Positions 29,131-39,092 are shown, counted from the stretch's first letter. The stretch is 64,000 bases of DNA from an uncultured Bacilli bacterium (GCA_944373095.1 CALWAK010000001.1:12719-76718); one strand, 5' to 3'. Translations and numbers: made by a program. Notes: a model not told the origin generated them from the sequence alone.

Positions 29131-30118
29131 CTTTTTCTATTTTATCATTAATGTATTTTAGAATTCCAACAACCTTAGCATATTCCATTCTTTTTGGTCC
29201 TACTACTGCTATTGTACCTTCCTCACCATTAATGTGATATTTTGTTTTAACAATAGTAACATCTTTATCAAAATCATTATCTTCACCAATATATACTTTA
29301 ATTCCGTCATAATCAGATTCAATATTTCTAATTAATTCTTCATCTTCTAACTTTTTAGCTATTCTTCTAATATCATTAGTATTATCATATTCTGGTTGAT
29401 TTAATAACTTAGTCTTTCCACTAAAATGAACATTACTTGTATTTTTAGTAAAATTATTAAATGCATCATAAAATATATTATATACTTGCTCATATTGAAC
29501 TATTTTTTTAGCAATAATTGGTTTGATTTCAAATTCTAGTCTTTTAGCAACTTCAGTAATCGGAGTGCCTACTAACATTTTATTAATTATTTCTGATGTT
29601 TTAACTATTTCATTAATATTTGTATTATTTGATAATGTAAATTGTTTATTTTCTACAATACCTTTATCAGTACAAACTAATGCTACTATTTTATTTTCAT
29701 TAAGAGGTATAATACTTACTTGTTGTAATGCATTATCTTTGGATGAAGTACCTAGTACGATAGAAGTATAATTAGTAATTTCACTAATAATATCTACACA
29801 TTTAGTAATTGCATCAGATATTTCTAAACTTTGATTAGAAAATATTGTTTGCAATTGTAGCATCTCTTCACCAGTTAGTTCTTTAGGTTTCATTAAATTT
29901 TCAACATAATATTTATACCCTTTTTCACTTGGAACTCTTCCTGATGAAATGTGATTCTTTTCTATGTAACCTAAATCTTCTAAGATAGCCATTTCATTAC
30001 GAATAGTAGCTGAAGAACATTTAAACTTTTTACATAGCGACTTACTTCCAATAGGCTTAACTTCTTTGATATAGTTTTCCACTATCTCTTTTAGTAAACG
30101 TTTTTTTCTTTCGTCCAC
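29117..30118 (-). CDS. hrcA: Heat-inducible transcription repressor HrcA
   Basis: LLKEIVENYIKEVKPIGSKSL N-terminus. Start set at the GTG at 30118, preceded by AGAGGTGAT and a 4-nt spacer; the track start at 30139 is also GTG with no RBS. Confidence 0.85.
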   Translation of the reverse strand: MDERKKRLLKEIVENYIKEVKPIGSKSLCKKFKCSSATIRNEMAILEDLGYIEKNHISSGRVPSEKGYKYYVENLMKPKELTGEEMLQLQTIFSNQSLEISDAITKCVDIISEITNYTSIVLGTSSKDNALQQVSIIPLNENKIVALVCTDKGIVENKQFTLSNNTNINEIVKTSEIINKMLVGTPITEVAKRLEFEIKPIIAKKIVQYEQVYNIFYDAFNNFTKNTSNVHFSGKTKLLNQPEYDNTNDIRRIAKKLEDEELIRNIESDYDGIKVYIGEDNDFDKDVTIVKTKYHINGEEGTIAVVGPKRMEYAKVVGILKYINDKIEKGDES

Positions 30119-30132
30119 TTGTATCACCTCTA

Positions 30133-30159
30133 TTAGCACTTATTAACTTAAAATGCTAA
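30133..30159. promoter_or_regulatory. Second, degenerate CIRCE-like inverted repeat (TTAGCACTT-N9-AAATGCTAA) in the hrcA 5' UTR
   Basis: Matches the CIRCE consensus TTAGCACTC-N9-GAGTGCTAA with about 3 mismatches; lies downstream of the promoter. Confidence 0.4.
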
Positions 30160-30178
30160 CTACATAATACTATTATAT

Positions 30179-30206
30179 TTAGCACTTGTCAATATATGAG
30201 TGCTAA
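30179..30206. promoter_or_regulatory. CIRCE operator (HrcA binding site) overlapping the hrcA promoter
   Basis: TTAGCACTT-gtcaatatat-GAGTGCTAA. A TTGACA -35 sits inside the spacer, with TATTAT 17 nt downstream on the minus strand. Confidence 0.8.
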
Positions 30207-30244
30207 TTTTCGAAAAATTTTTCAAAAAAAGAAATAGCATCAAG

Positions 30245-31258
30245 CTATCTCTTAAATGTTTTTTTAACCCTGTCTTCTATAAACTTTGGAATTTCACTTT
30301 TAATAAAATCTTCATAATTCAAATATTCTTTTAATTTATCTTCAATTAAATTAATTAAATCAGGTAAAAATCGAAAACCATTTTTAACAATCCAACGTTC
30401 TTCTATATTAGGAATCATATTACCATAATATTTTTTTGCTAATATGTAAGCGTTGGCTCTAACCAAATATTCATATAATATAATACATTGATTTTTACTA
30501 TATACTCTCGGCAAATTATTTTGAATTGCATCTTCATATAAAGATTCTAATATTTTAGTACCTTCAAAATATTTATTTACTAAAGGATTAACAATAGGAT
30601 GAGAAAATTCATGAAATAAACATTCAACTAAATATTCATTATCAACAACAAATTTATCTTTCTTATCATCATAAATAAATCCGTAATTATAAAACATATT
30701 TTCTTTTTTATCAGATACGCCAAAGCCACCATTCATTAAAACTGATGGAATAAAAGTATAGCTTTTATTATTTGTAGAGTAAAATCTATTTAAATCATTT
30801 AAATCTAAATTTTTAGGAAAATTGCATATACTTTTAATTAATATTTTATAAAAATTAATAACATATTCACTAAAAAATTTATCCCAATTTATGTCAATGG
30901 CTATAGCTTTGAGTTCCTTAGCAAATCCTTCAACTGAACCATAACCTATATATTTATTTATATCTTCCTCTTTTATTTTCTCATAATTAACGTTATAAAA
31001 ATCATCTAGTCCTATAGCAATTTTAATTGGTAGTGAACAATCTTCAAAATTAATTATATATTTTATAATTTCTGGATATTTATCAATATTAATTAATTTA
31101 GCTAACTCAGTTAAATATTCAATATTAGGTGTTTCTATAAAATCAAATTCATCTTTCTTTTCTGGATATTTTAATAAATAAACTGCATGAATTGCTAGTA
31201 TTAATTCATATTGCTTATTTATCTCTATATTAAGACCTTTTATAATAAAATTTTTCAT
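30245..31258 (-). CDS. HExxH-motif protein, putative zinc metallopeptidase (DUF-type)
   Basis: LFHEFSHPIVNPL motif. Start moved to the ATG at 31258 with RBS AAGGAAAGTG; the track start at 31321 has no RBS. Confidence 0.45.
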   Translation of the reverse strand: MKNFIIKGLNIEINKQYELILAIHAVYLLKYPEKKDEFDFIETPNIEYLTELAKLINIDKYPEIIKYIINFEDCSLPIKIAIGLDDFYNVNYEKIKEEDINKYIGYGSVEGFAKELKAIAIDINWDKFFSEYVINFYKILIKSICNFPKNLDLNDLNRFYSTNNKSYTFIPSVLMNGGFGVSDKKENMFYNYGFIYDDKKDKFVVDNEYLVECLFHEFSHPIVNPLVNKYFEGTKILESLYEDAIQNNLPRVYSKNQCIILYEYLVRANAYILAKKYYGNMIPNIEERWIVKNGFRFLPDLINLIEDKLKEYLNYEDFIKSEIPKFIEDRVKKTFKR

Positions 31259-31577
31259 AATTAATTCACTTTCCTTACTTATAGACTTTATATATGTTAC
31301 CTTTAATTTTCTATAAAGCATTGAAATGGTAAAACTTATATTTAGTAATAATTATATATTAAATTTATTATGTATTAAAGATATAAATATTAGTAATGGA
31401 ATTATTATAGTTACAAATAATCTAATCAAAGTAATTAAAAGAATTTTATTTGGCTATAAATAATATTATAATTTAAAACAAAATTAAAAGCATTATAAAA
31501 GAGTGATCTTAAAATCACTCAATATGCCAATTCATTTATCAAATTTACTACTAACAACACCATTTAATAAAAAACTT

Positions 31578-31991
31578 TTACTTATGTCTTTTCAATGTTG
31601 TATTAATTGTACTTTCATTTGTTTCTTGTTGTTTATTGTCAAAATAAGGTCTTATAGATGATTTTTCAACATATTGACCAAATGCAATAGTGTGTGTGCG
31701 TATTACAAGTCCATTGTATAAATTATTCTTTACTTCAAAATATATTTTAATATAATCCAAAATAGATTTAATATTACTAACATCGACATAGCAGCCAGGA
31801 GCAACTTCTAATAAAATAGCATCTTTTTTTAAAAGTCTCTCAGATCTCTCAGTATATTTAGAATAAAATAACCATTCACCCCAGTTACCAAATTCATCTT
31901 TAACTACCTCATTTGGGTCAAAACAATGTTTCGTTAAATTATAGTCAATACATAACTTAATATCACCAATAAATATCTTTTCTGGTTTCAT
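31578..31991 (-). CDS. Hypothetical protein (137 aa)
   Basis: ORF with strong RBS GGGGGGAG 8 nt before the ATG at 31991. Confidence 0.4.
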   Translation of the reverse strand: MKPEKIFIGDIKLCIDYNLTKHCFDPNEVVKDEFGNWGEWLFYSKYTERSERLLKKDAILLEVAPGCYVDVSNIKSILDYIKIYFEVKNNLYNGLVIRTHTIAFGQYVEKSSIRPYFDNKQQETNESTINTTLKRHK

Positions 31992-32169
31992 ATTATAACT
32001 CCCCCCTTTTGTTGCTGTATACGATATCAAATTTTCAATTAATTGTCAAGCATTAATTTGTTTTGTATGTTTATCTTACGATAATGTCTTAATAGTTATC
32101 TTTTAATTATGTCCCACTTTGAGATAAATACGGCACCTAATGTGATTTGGTGAGTAGGTTATTTTAAGA

Positions 32170-32522
32170 ATGAAAGAATATGAAAAATATATAATTATTA
32201 AAAATTTAGTTGATAATAACGTCAACAAAAATTCTGCTGCTATTAAATAGATTTATCTAAAAGAAAAATTAATCTTATTATTATTATTATTATTTATAAG
32301 GATAAAGGTAAATCTGGTTTTATCCACGGTAATCGTGGACGTCTCCCTACCAAGGCACTAGATAAATCAATCTCCGAGAATATTATACTACTTTATAAGA
32401 ATAAATACTATGATTGTAATTTTAATCATTTTAAAGATTTATTAAAAGAAAGAGAAAATATCAGTATTTCTTATAATTTTATTTATAGAACTTTAACTAA
32501 AAATAGTATCTATTTCCCCTAA
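32170..32522 (+). pseudogene. Truncated, frameshifted IS-element transposase N-terminal remnant (HTH region; family undetermined, IS481/IS3-superfamily-like)
   Basis: ATG at 32170 encodes MKEYEKYIIIKNLVDNNVNKNSAAIK* then a +2 frame continues ...SKRKINLIIIIIIYKDKGKSGFIHGNRGRLPTKALDKSISENIILLYKNKYYDCNFNHFKDLLKERENISISYNFIYRTL and stops at 32522 with no catalytic domain. Locally GC-richer than the surroundings. Confidence 0.4.
32275..32292. repeat. (TTA)6 trinucleotide microsatellite inside the transposase remnant
   Basis: ttattattattattatta; encodes poly-Ile in the remnant frame. Confidence 0.8.
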
Positions 32523-32614
32523 AATAAGAAAAAAGAACATACATAATATTGTATGTACCTAACACTTATGTTTTAAATTTTTTAAGACATTCTCAAAAGA
32601 TATTGACAGTCCTA

Positions 32615-32835
32615 TAGCAATTTTAATTGGTAATGAACAATCTTCAAAATTAATTATATATTTTATAATTTAATGATATTTATCAATATTAATTAAGCTA
32701 GATAATTTAGTTAAATAATCTATTTTTGGTAATTCAATAAAGTCAAATTATTCTTTAAGTTCAGGATGTTTTAATAAATAAACAGCGTGAATTGCTAATA
32801 ATAATTAGTATTGTTTATTTATTTCGATATTAAGA
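32615..32835 (-). pseudogene. Degenerate duplicated fragment of the 5' part of gene 30245..31258
   Basis: About 220 bp at roughly 85% identity to 31011..31240 (cctatagcaattttaattggta[a/g]tgaacaatcttcaaaattaattatatattttataatt...). Contains indels and no intact ORF. Confidence 0.55.
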
Positions 32836-32863
32836 TTATTAAATCTTTCTATAATCATACCAA

Positions 32864-33067
32864 TTAGCGTCCCATTTTTTTGCTATAACTAATAGATAAC
32901 ACTTTAAAATATTCATCCATAATAGATTTAGTTCTTTTTAATTGTTCACTATTCATCTTTGAAATATAGCTTTGTAACTCTTTTAACCCACTTTTATATT
33001 CCTCTGGTATTTCCTCATATGTAGTTAATTCATAACTTTCTAATCTATTTAATAATTCTTCAATCAT
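32864..33067 (-). CDS. Small hypothetical protein (67 aa)
   Basis: ATGA overlap with the upstream 459-aa gene; no motifs recognised. Confidence 0.35.
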   Translation of the reverse strand: MIEELLNRLESYELTTYEEIPEEYKSGLKELQSYISKMNSEQLKRTKSIMDEYFKVLSISYSKKMGR

Positions 33068-34443
33068 CTGCTACCCTTTCTTTTGTTATCATCTATATAA
33101 GCTTTAACCATTTCAAATATTTCTTTTCCTTCTTCAATTAAATCAGAATATTCTTTTTTATTCTTAGGATATCCTCTACTGCATATTGTTTCATATATTA
33201 AAACACCAAGATTTTCTTTCTTAACAGCAACACCAACTACACAAAATAATGTTGGAGATATTTGTCTAATAACAATTCTTACTTGATCATCCTTTAGTTT
33301 TTTAAATTCAGTAAATCTAGCTAATCTATCTATATTTCTATTCATCAATACGCCATCTTGTAAATCATTAAGCAACTTTAAAACTTTTTCTAAATATTCT
33401 TTATTAACATGTTTTAAATCCTTTAAAATATAGGGATGATTATTAATATCTTTAGCAAATATTAAATCTAATTTAGTTTGAGGAATTTCTTCTTCCTTAA
33501 CTTCATAAACTTTTACATACTCATCTCTAAATATTTTATACCATGATAATAATTTTTGATAACTACTAATAATATCTTTTCTAATATCTTCATCCATGTA
33601 AAATTCTTTATCTTTAATCATTGAAATTAAATCGGTTATTTCTTTTTGAATTTTTTCTAGCATTAAAGTCATAAATAATTTTATATCATTTTCATCTGGT
33701 ATTTCTTTTTTTAACTCTTCAAAATAATTTTTAAAATCGGTTTGATATTCTAAAATAGAGTAATGTAAATCTATCTTTTTAGCTACTTCTTGATTATAAT
33801 CTAACGTATCATCATGAAAATCTTCAAAGCAAAAATTTAGCATATCTAGAATATTATTTTTATAAGTTTCTTCATAATCATACATTTTTTCATATATAGT
33901 TTGATTATAAATACGTAAGTATTCTAATAAAGTTATCTGTGTAACATCATCAATATCTTTACTATCAAATAAATTTTTTATATATTCTACAAGATGCCAT
34001 TCGATAAACTGCTTATATTTTATTTTAGAGATAATTTTTTGATAAATAAGACCATTTTCTTCGTTTTTATTTGCTGATAAAGTATTTATTCTTATTATTA
34101 AATCATTATACTTTAATTGTAAATCAAAAAATAATTTGTTAATACTTTTTACAGCATTATCAGTTATTTCTTTATCTACTTCAGTTTTATTATTCTTATT
34201 TCTTATTTCTTCTAAAATATTTATTTTATTACCCATTAGATGATAAATATTTTCATCAATATTTTTTAATAAAATTAACACTCTTTCTTTATTTTCTAAT
34301 AAATTATTTAACGTATTACAATAACTATAAAATTCATCAAATATATCTTTAATAGAAATTAAATCATTTAATTCTTCTTCTTTTAAAGTAATACTTCTTA
34401 CTTCTTCTTCTAATATACTTTTTATTCTTTCTATTTGTTCCAT
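33064..34443 (-). CDS. Hypothetical, predominantly alpha-helical/coiled-coil protein (459 aa)
   Basis: RBS AAGGAG inside the pheT 3' end, with TAG-ATG abutting pheT; apparently co-transcribed with pheST. No family recognised. Confidence 0.5.
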   Translation of the reverse strand: MEQIERIKSILEEEVRSITLKEEELNDLISIKDIFDEFYSYCNTLNNLLENKERVLILLKNIDENIYHLMGNKINILEEIRNKNNKTEVDKEITDNAVKSINKLFFDLQLKYNDLIIRINTLSANKNEENGLIYQKIISKIKYKQFIEWHLVEYIKNLFDSKDIDDVTQITLLEYLRIYNQTIYEKMYDYEETYKNNILDMLNFCFEDFHDDTLDYNQEVAKKIDLHYSILEYQTDFKNYFEELKKEIPDENDIKLFMTLMLEKIQKEITDLISMIKDKEFYMDEDIRKDIISSYQKLLSWYKIFRDEYVKVYEVKEEEIPQTKLDLIFAKDINNHPYILKDLKHVNKEYLEKVLKLLNDLQDGVLMNRNIDRLARFTEFKKLKDDQVRIVIRQISPTLFCVVGVAVKKENLGVLIYETICSRGYPKNKKEYSDLIEEGKEIFEMVKAYIDDNKRKGSR

Positions 34444-36822
34444 CTAAATACTCCTTAATTTAGCATTACAATTATCTTCAACATCTTTAATTATCTTATT
34501 AAATATCATCATTACTTCTTCATCGCTTAATGTTCTAGTTGGATCACTAAAGGTTAATTTAAACGCAATTGATTTTTCATTTTCTAAAACATTAGATCCT
34601 GTATATACATCAAATATATCTATATCAGTAAGAAGTCTTCCACCAGATTTTTTAATTACTTTCATTAAAGTATCTACAGTAATTTCTCTATCAACTACAA
34701 ACGCTAAATCTTTAATAATATTTGGATATAATGAAGCTTTTTTATATTTAATTGGTTTAGTCTTAGTAAGTAAACTATTCATACTTAGCTCTGCTACATA
34801 TATATCATCTTTATTTAAAGATGGGTGAACTCTACCAATAATACCTATTTCTTTTTGATCTAGTAATATTTTAGCAGAAATACCAGGATGTAAGGAAGGA
34901 ATAACATCACTTACAAATGTATATCTATTTTTAAATCCTAGGTAATCTAATAAGTTTTCAATAATTCCTTTTACTAAATAAAAATCTACTTTAATATTTG
35001 CTTTATTCCAGTTATTAGTAACATAATTACCTTTCAAAAGAAGAGATACTTTAGTTTCTTCATTATAATTTTTATCATAAGTTTTAGCTATTTCATATAG
35101 TAATATATCACTAACTTTACGAGCTTTATTATATTCATAAACATTTAATAGTGATGGTAAGATAGAAGTTCTTATAACACTTTTATCAATACTCATTGGA
35201 TTAGGTAGTATTATATTTTCTTTATTATCATATCTAAATAATTTAGCCATATCGGGATGAGTTAAAGTATATGTTTTAGTTTCATTAAGACCTAAGGTTC
35301 TTAATCTCTTAGATATACTTTTTCTTAAACCTACATCTCCTACATAAGTACCTCTTTTATAACTACCATGAGGTAATGTTGATACTAAGTTATTATAGCC
35401 ATAAAGTCTACCTATTTCTTCGGCAATATCATTTACAAATGGATCAATATCTAAACGACGATTAGGAATAGTACAAGTAAATTCATCTCCATTTAATTCA
35501 TATGCAAAATCAAGTCTATCAAGTTCTTTTTCCATATCTGGAATACTAATATCAATACCAAGTAATTTATTAACAGCACTTGCTCTAAATTTAACTACTT
35601 TAGGAGTTTTATCAACTTTATCAAAAGATACTGTATCACTTAGTATTGTAGCATTAGCATATTTTTCTAAAAGATGACAACATCTATCTAAAGCCATATT
35701 AGTATATTCATAATTTAGACCTTTACCATATCTTATAGATGCTTCACTTTTTAAATTTAGGTTACTCGCAGTATATCTAATACTTACAGCATCAAATATA
35801 GCAGACTCAATTAAAATATTTTTAGTATCACTTGTTACTTCAGTGTCTAACCCACCCATTACACCTGCAATACAAACTGGTTTTTCACCATCTGTAATAA
35901 CAATATCACTAGTTTTTAATATTCTTTCTTTATTATCTAAAGTAGTTATTACTTCGCTTTCTAAAGCATCTCTTACTACTATTTTATTACCTAATTTATC
36001 ATAATCAAAAAAGTGAGTTGGTTGACCAAATTCTAACATTACATAATTAGATATATCTACAACATTATTAATGGGACGCATACCTGCACTTACTAAACGT
36101 TTTTTAATAAATTCTGGAGATTCTTTAATTTCGACATTTGTAACTAATTTAGCTAAATAATATGGACACTTATTAGTTTCTACTTCTAAGCTAAATTTAT
36201 CTTTAATAGATTCTTTAGAAGAATTATAAGTACAATCTGGTAATTTTACTTTTTTATTTAGAATGGCCGCTATTTCATATGCAAACCCAATATGATAATA
36301 ACAATCATTATTACGATGTTTATGAACATCAAGTTCATACAAAGTATCATCTAAACCTAAATATTTTAATGGATCAGTACCAACTATAGCATCATCATTT
36401 AGTATTTCAATTCCTTTATTATAATTTTCTTCAGTCTTTTCTTCTAAACCTAATTCAAATAAAGCACATATCATACCATTAGATTCTTCACCACGTATAC
36501 TTCCCTTTTTTATTTCAAAATCACCAGGTAATATAGCACCTACTTTAGCAACAATTACTTTTATACCACTACATACATTTTTTGCACCACAAACAATTTG
36601 AATTACTTCACTACCAATATCAACTTGACAAATATGAAGATGATCAGAATTAGGATGATTAACACATTCTAAGACTTTACCAACTACAAGATTATTAATA
36701 TTATTTGTAACAACTTTTTCAATATTAATTCCCGCTTTAGTTATTTTAGTAGCTAGTTCAACAGGATCAATACCATCAATATCTATATAATCTTTTACCC
36801 AATTTAAACTAATCATTTTCAA
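34444..36822 (-). CDS. pheT: Phenylalanine--tRNA ligase beta subunit
   Basis: MKMISLNWVKDYIDIDG... tRNA-binding N-terminus, B3/B4 and B5 domains, about 790 aa. Confidence 0.92.
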   Translation of the reverse strand: MKMISLNWVKDYIDIDGIDPVELATKITKAGINIEKVVTNNINNLVVGKVLECVNHPNSDHLHICQVDIGSEVIQIVCGAKNVCSGIKVIVAKVGAILPGDFEIKKGSIRGEESNGMICALFELGLEEKTEENYNKGIEILNDDAIVGTDPLKYLGLDDTLYELDVHKHRNNDCYYHIGFAYEIAAILNKKVKLPDCTYNSSKESIKDKFSLEVETNKCPYYLAKLVTNVEIKESPEFIKKRLVSAGMRPINNVVDISNYVMLEFGQPTHFFDYDKLGNKIVVRDALESEVITTLDNKERILKTSDIVITDGEKPVCIAGVMGGLDTEVTSDTKNILIESAIFDAVSIRYTASNLNLKSEASIRYGKGLNYEYTNMALDRCCHLLEKYANATILSDTVSFDKVDKTPKVVKFRASAVNKLLGIDISIPDMEKELDRLDFAYELNGDEFTCTIPNRRLDIDPFVNDIAEEIGRLYGYNNLVSTLPHGSYKRGTYVGDVGLRKSISKRLRTLGLNETKTYTLTHPDMAKLFRYDNKENIILPNPMSIDKSVIRTSILPSLLNVYEYNKARKVSDILLYEIAKTYDKNYNEETKVSLLLKGNYVTNNWNKANIKVDFYLVKGIIENLLDYLGFKNRYTFVSDVIPSLHPGISAKILLDQKEIGIIGRVHPSLNKDDIYVAELSMNSLLTKTKPIKYKKASLYPNIIKDLAFVVDREITVDTLMKVIKKSGGRLLTDIDIFDVYTGSNVLENEKSIAFKLTFSDPTRTLSDEEVMMIFNKIIKDVEDNCNAKLRSI

Positions 36823-37861
36823 TTACCTCTCTATCAAATGTTTTTACTTCTCTTAAATCTGTATTATAAAATACTCTAATATCATTAATACCATATTTTA
36901 ACATTGCTAGTCGTTCTGCTCCAAAACCAAAGGCAAAGCCAGTCCACTTTTTTGGATCATATCCACAAGTTTTTAAAACATTAGGATGAACCATACCAGC
37001 CCCAGATACAGTTATCCAACCAGTATTTTTACATAAACTACAACCTTTACCATGACAGTTAAAACAACTAATATCCATTTCTACTGATGGTTCAGTAAAC
37101 TGATAATAGCTTGGTCTAAAACGAGTTTCAATATCCTTACCAAATAACTTTTTAGCTAAAACATCAAATGTACCTTTTAAATCTGATAAACTAACTTCTT
37201 TATCAACTAATAAACCTTCAATTTGCATAAATTGATGAGAATGAGTTGCATCATCATCATCTCTTCTATATGTTTTACCTGGGCAAATCATTCTAATAGG
37301 TTCCATACCTTTTTTAGCTAACATAGTTCTTGCTTGAACAGGAGATGTTTGACTCCGAAGTAAAATATTTTCATCTTCAATATAAAATGTATCTTGCGCA
37401 TCTCTTGCTGGATGACCTTTAGGAATATTTAATAACTCAAAGTTAAATTTATCTTCTTCTACTTCTGGGCCATCAACCACATCATATCCCATAGACATAA
37501 AAATACTTTCTACTTCTTCTACAATACATTCTAAAATATTAGGAGACCCAACTGGTATTTTAGTTGCTGGTAGATTAATATCTATTTTTTCACTTTCTAA
37601 CTTTTTATTTAACTCTATTTCTTCTAATTCTTCTTTTTTATTATCAAAAAGATTAGTAATTTCATTTTTAAAATCATTTATTAATTTACCATATACTTTT
37701 TTATCTTCTATACTCATATCCTTTAATGAATTAGAAAGAACTCCTATTTCACTTTTTTTACTTAAATACTCAACTTTCAAATTATTCAATTCATTTAAAT
37801 CAGATATATCACTAATTTTATCAATTATAATACTTCTTAAACTTTTTAATTTTTCTTCCAT
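36809..37861 (-). CDS. pheS: Phenylalanine--tRNA ligase alpha subunit
   Basis: Class II aaRS motifs (FRPSYYQFTEPSVEMD, GAGMVHPNVL...GFAFGFGAERLAML). RBS AAGGAGG. Confidence 0.92.
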   Translation of the reverse strand: MEEKLKSLRSIIIDKISDISDLNELNNLKVEYLSKKSEIGVLSNSLKDMSIEDKKVYGKLINDFKNEITNLFDNKKEELEEIELNKKLESEKIDINLPATKIPVGSPNILECIVEEVESIFMSMGYDVVDGPEVEEDKFNFELLNIPKGHPARDAQDTFYIEDENILLRSQTSPVQARTMLAKKGMEPIRMICPGKTYRRDDDDATHSHQFMQIEGLLVDKEVSLSDLKGTFDVLAKKLFGKDIETRFRPSYYQFTEPSVEMDISCFNCHGKGCSLCKNTGWITVSGAGMVHPNVLKTCGYDPKKWTGFAFGFGAERLAMLKYGINDIRVFYNTDLREVKTFDREVIEND

Positions 37862-37874
37862 AATTTCCTCCTTA

Positions 37875-38075
37875 AGTTTTAATTAAAAAAAGCACGTCCT
37901 AAAAGGACGTGCTTAAACGTGGTACCACCTTAATTTTTACTCTATAATCAGTTAACGGTAATTACTCGGGAATAATCCAGTTCATAAGGTGAATTCATAA
38001 CCATTTATTTTATAACCTCGCACCAATTTAGTTAATTCTCTTTAAAATAAATATTAGTTATTACTACTTCTTAAT
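37875..38075 (-). promoter_or_regulatory. T-box riboswitch leader (Phe specifier) controlling pheST
   Basis: Minus-strand transcript contains the T-box sequence AAUUAAGGUGGUACCACG, followed by the terminator AAGCACGUCC-uuuua-GGACGUGCUU + U7. GAAUUCA (UUC = Phe) is the candidate specifier. A TTGAAG...TGTTATACT promoter lies upstream. Confidence 0.65.
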
Positions 38076-38135
38076 CAAAACCTTTAAATTTCTTAATTAG
38101 TATAACATAACTAATTTATAAACTTCAATAGAATT

Positions 38136-39092
38136 TCATAACTTTCTAATCTTTTTAACATCACTTACAACACTTTGTAAATAACTAATATTATTATAAG
38201 AATCTTTATAATATTCATCGATTAGTTGTTTATTTTCTTTAAAATATTCTAAAAGTTCTTTAAAAATACTTATAAAGTAATCTTCTTCATATGGGCAAAT
38301 AAATTCTCTTTTATCTAAATACATATTTAAAGCATTTATAGATTCTTCGGAAAAGTTTAACTCATAACTTTTAGCTGGATAAATTTTATAGTCTCCAGCA
38401 CCATTAATTATCGTACATAAACTAGGATTAATAATTTTATGTATAGATGTATTTGTTGCATCATAAATATAGGCCATATCTTTTTCAAAGATTAGTGTAA
38501 ATACATGCTTTTCTAAAACTCTATCAATTAAACTACTTTGTTTACTAAGATCAATATTTCTTTCTATTAAAATATCACCGCTTATAGTTTTTGTATTGCT
38601 TTTAGCTAATAAATTACAAGATTGGTAACCCATATTATTTAATAAATCTTTTAATAAATCACTATGATTTAAGCATACTCCTAAACCATCAAATAAATCA
38701 TATGAAAATAGTCCATTTGTCATTACACAATTCTTGTTAGCAAAAGTATTACTTCTATTTATTGAAAAATAGCCATTCCATAAAAGATATGTATATAAAA
38801 TTGCAGCATTAAGAGAATTTTCTAAATGTAGTTCATTTGCTAATTTAGAAAATTTATTACATAAAGCATTATATACATCGAATGTATAATAAAAATTATA
38901 TCTTTGCACGGAACTACTATTAACATTATATTTTATATTTAAAGCATAAAAAGCAATTATAACATATTCAATATTTTCTAAAAATAAATTTTTAATAAAT
39001 CTATATATCTCTATTTTATCAGTCTCATTAATGATATATTTATATATAGTATATCTCTTTTCATCTCTTAATAATTTCGAAAAATATTCCAT
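38136..39092 (-). CDS. Transglutaminase-like superfamily protein (putative Cys-His-Asp cysteine protease fold)
   Basis: GLGVCLNHSDLLKDLLNNMGYQS (Cys motif) and HVFTLIFEKDMAYIYDATN (His...Asp) resemble the TGase-like core. Own promoter TGCTATAAT and RBS GGTGAT. Confidence 0.4.
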   Translation of the reverse strand: MEYFSKLLRDEKRYTIYKYIINETDKIEIYRFIKNLFLENIEYVIIAFYALNIKYNVNSSSVQRYNFYYTFDVYNALCNKFSKLANELHLENSLNAAILYTYLLWNGYFSINRSNTFANKNCVMTNGLFSYDLFDGLGVCLNHSDLLKDLLNNMGYQSCNLLAKSNTKTISGDILIERNIDLSKQSSLIDRVLEKHVFTLIFEKDMAYIYDATNTSIHKIINPSLCTIINGAGDYKIYPAKSYELNFSEESINALNMYLDKREFICPYEEDYFISIFKELLEYFKENKQLIDEYYKDSYNNISYLQSVVSDVKKIRKL

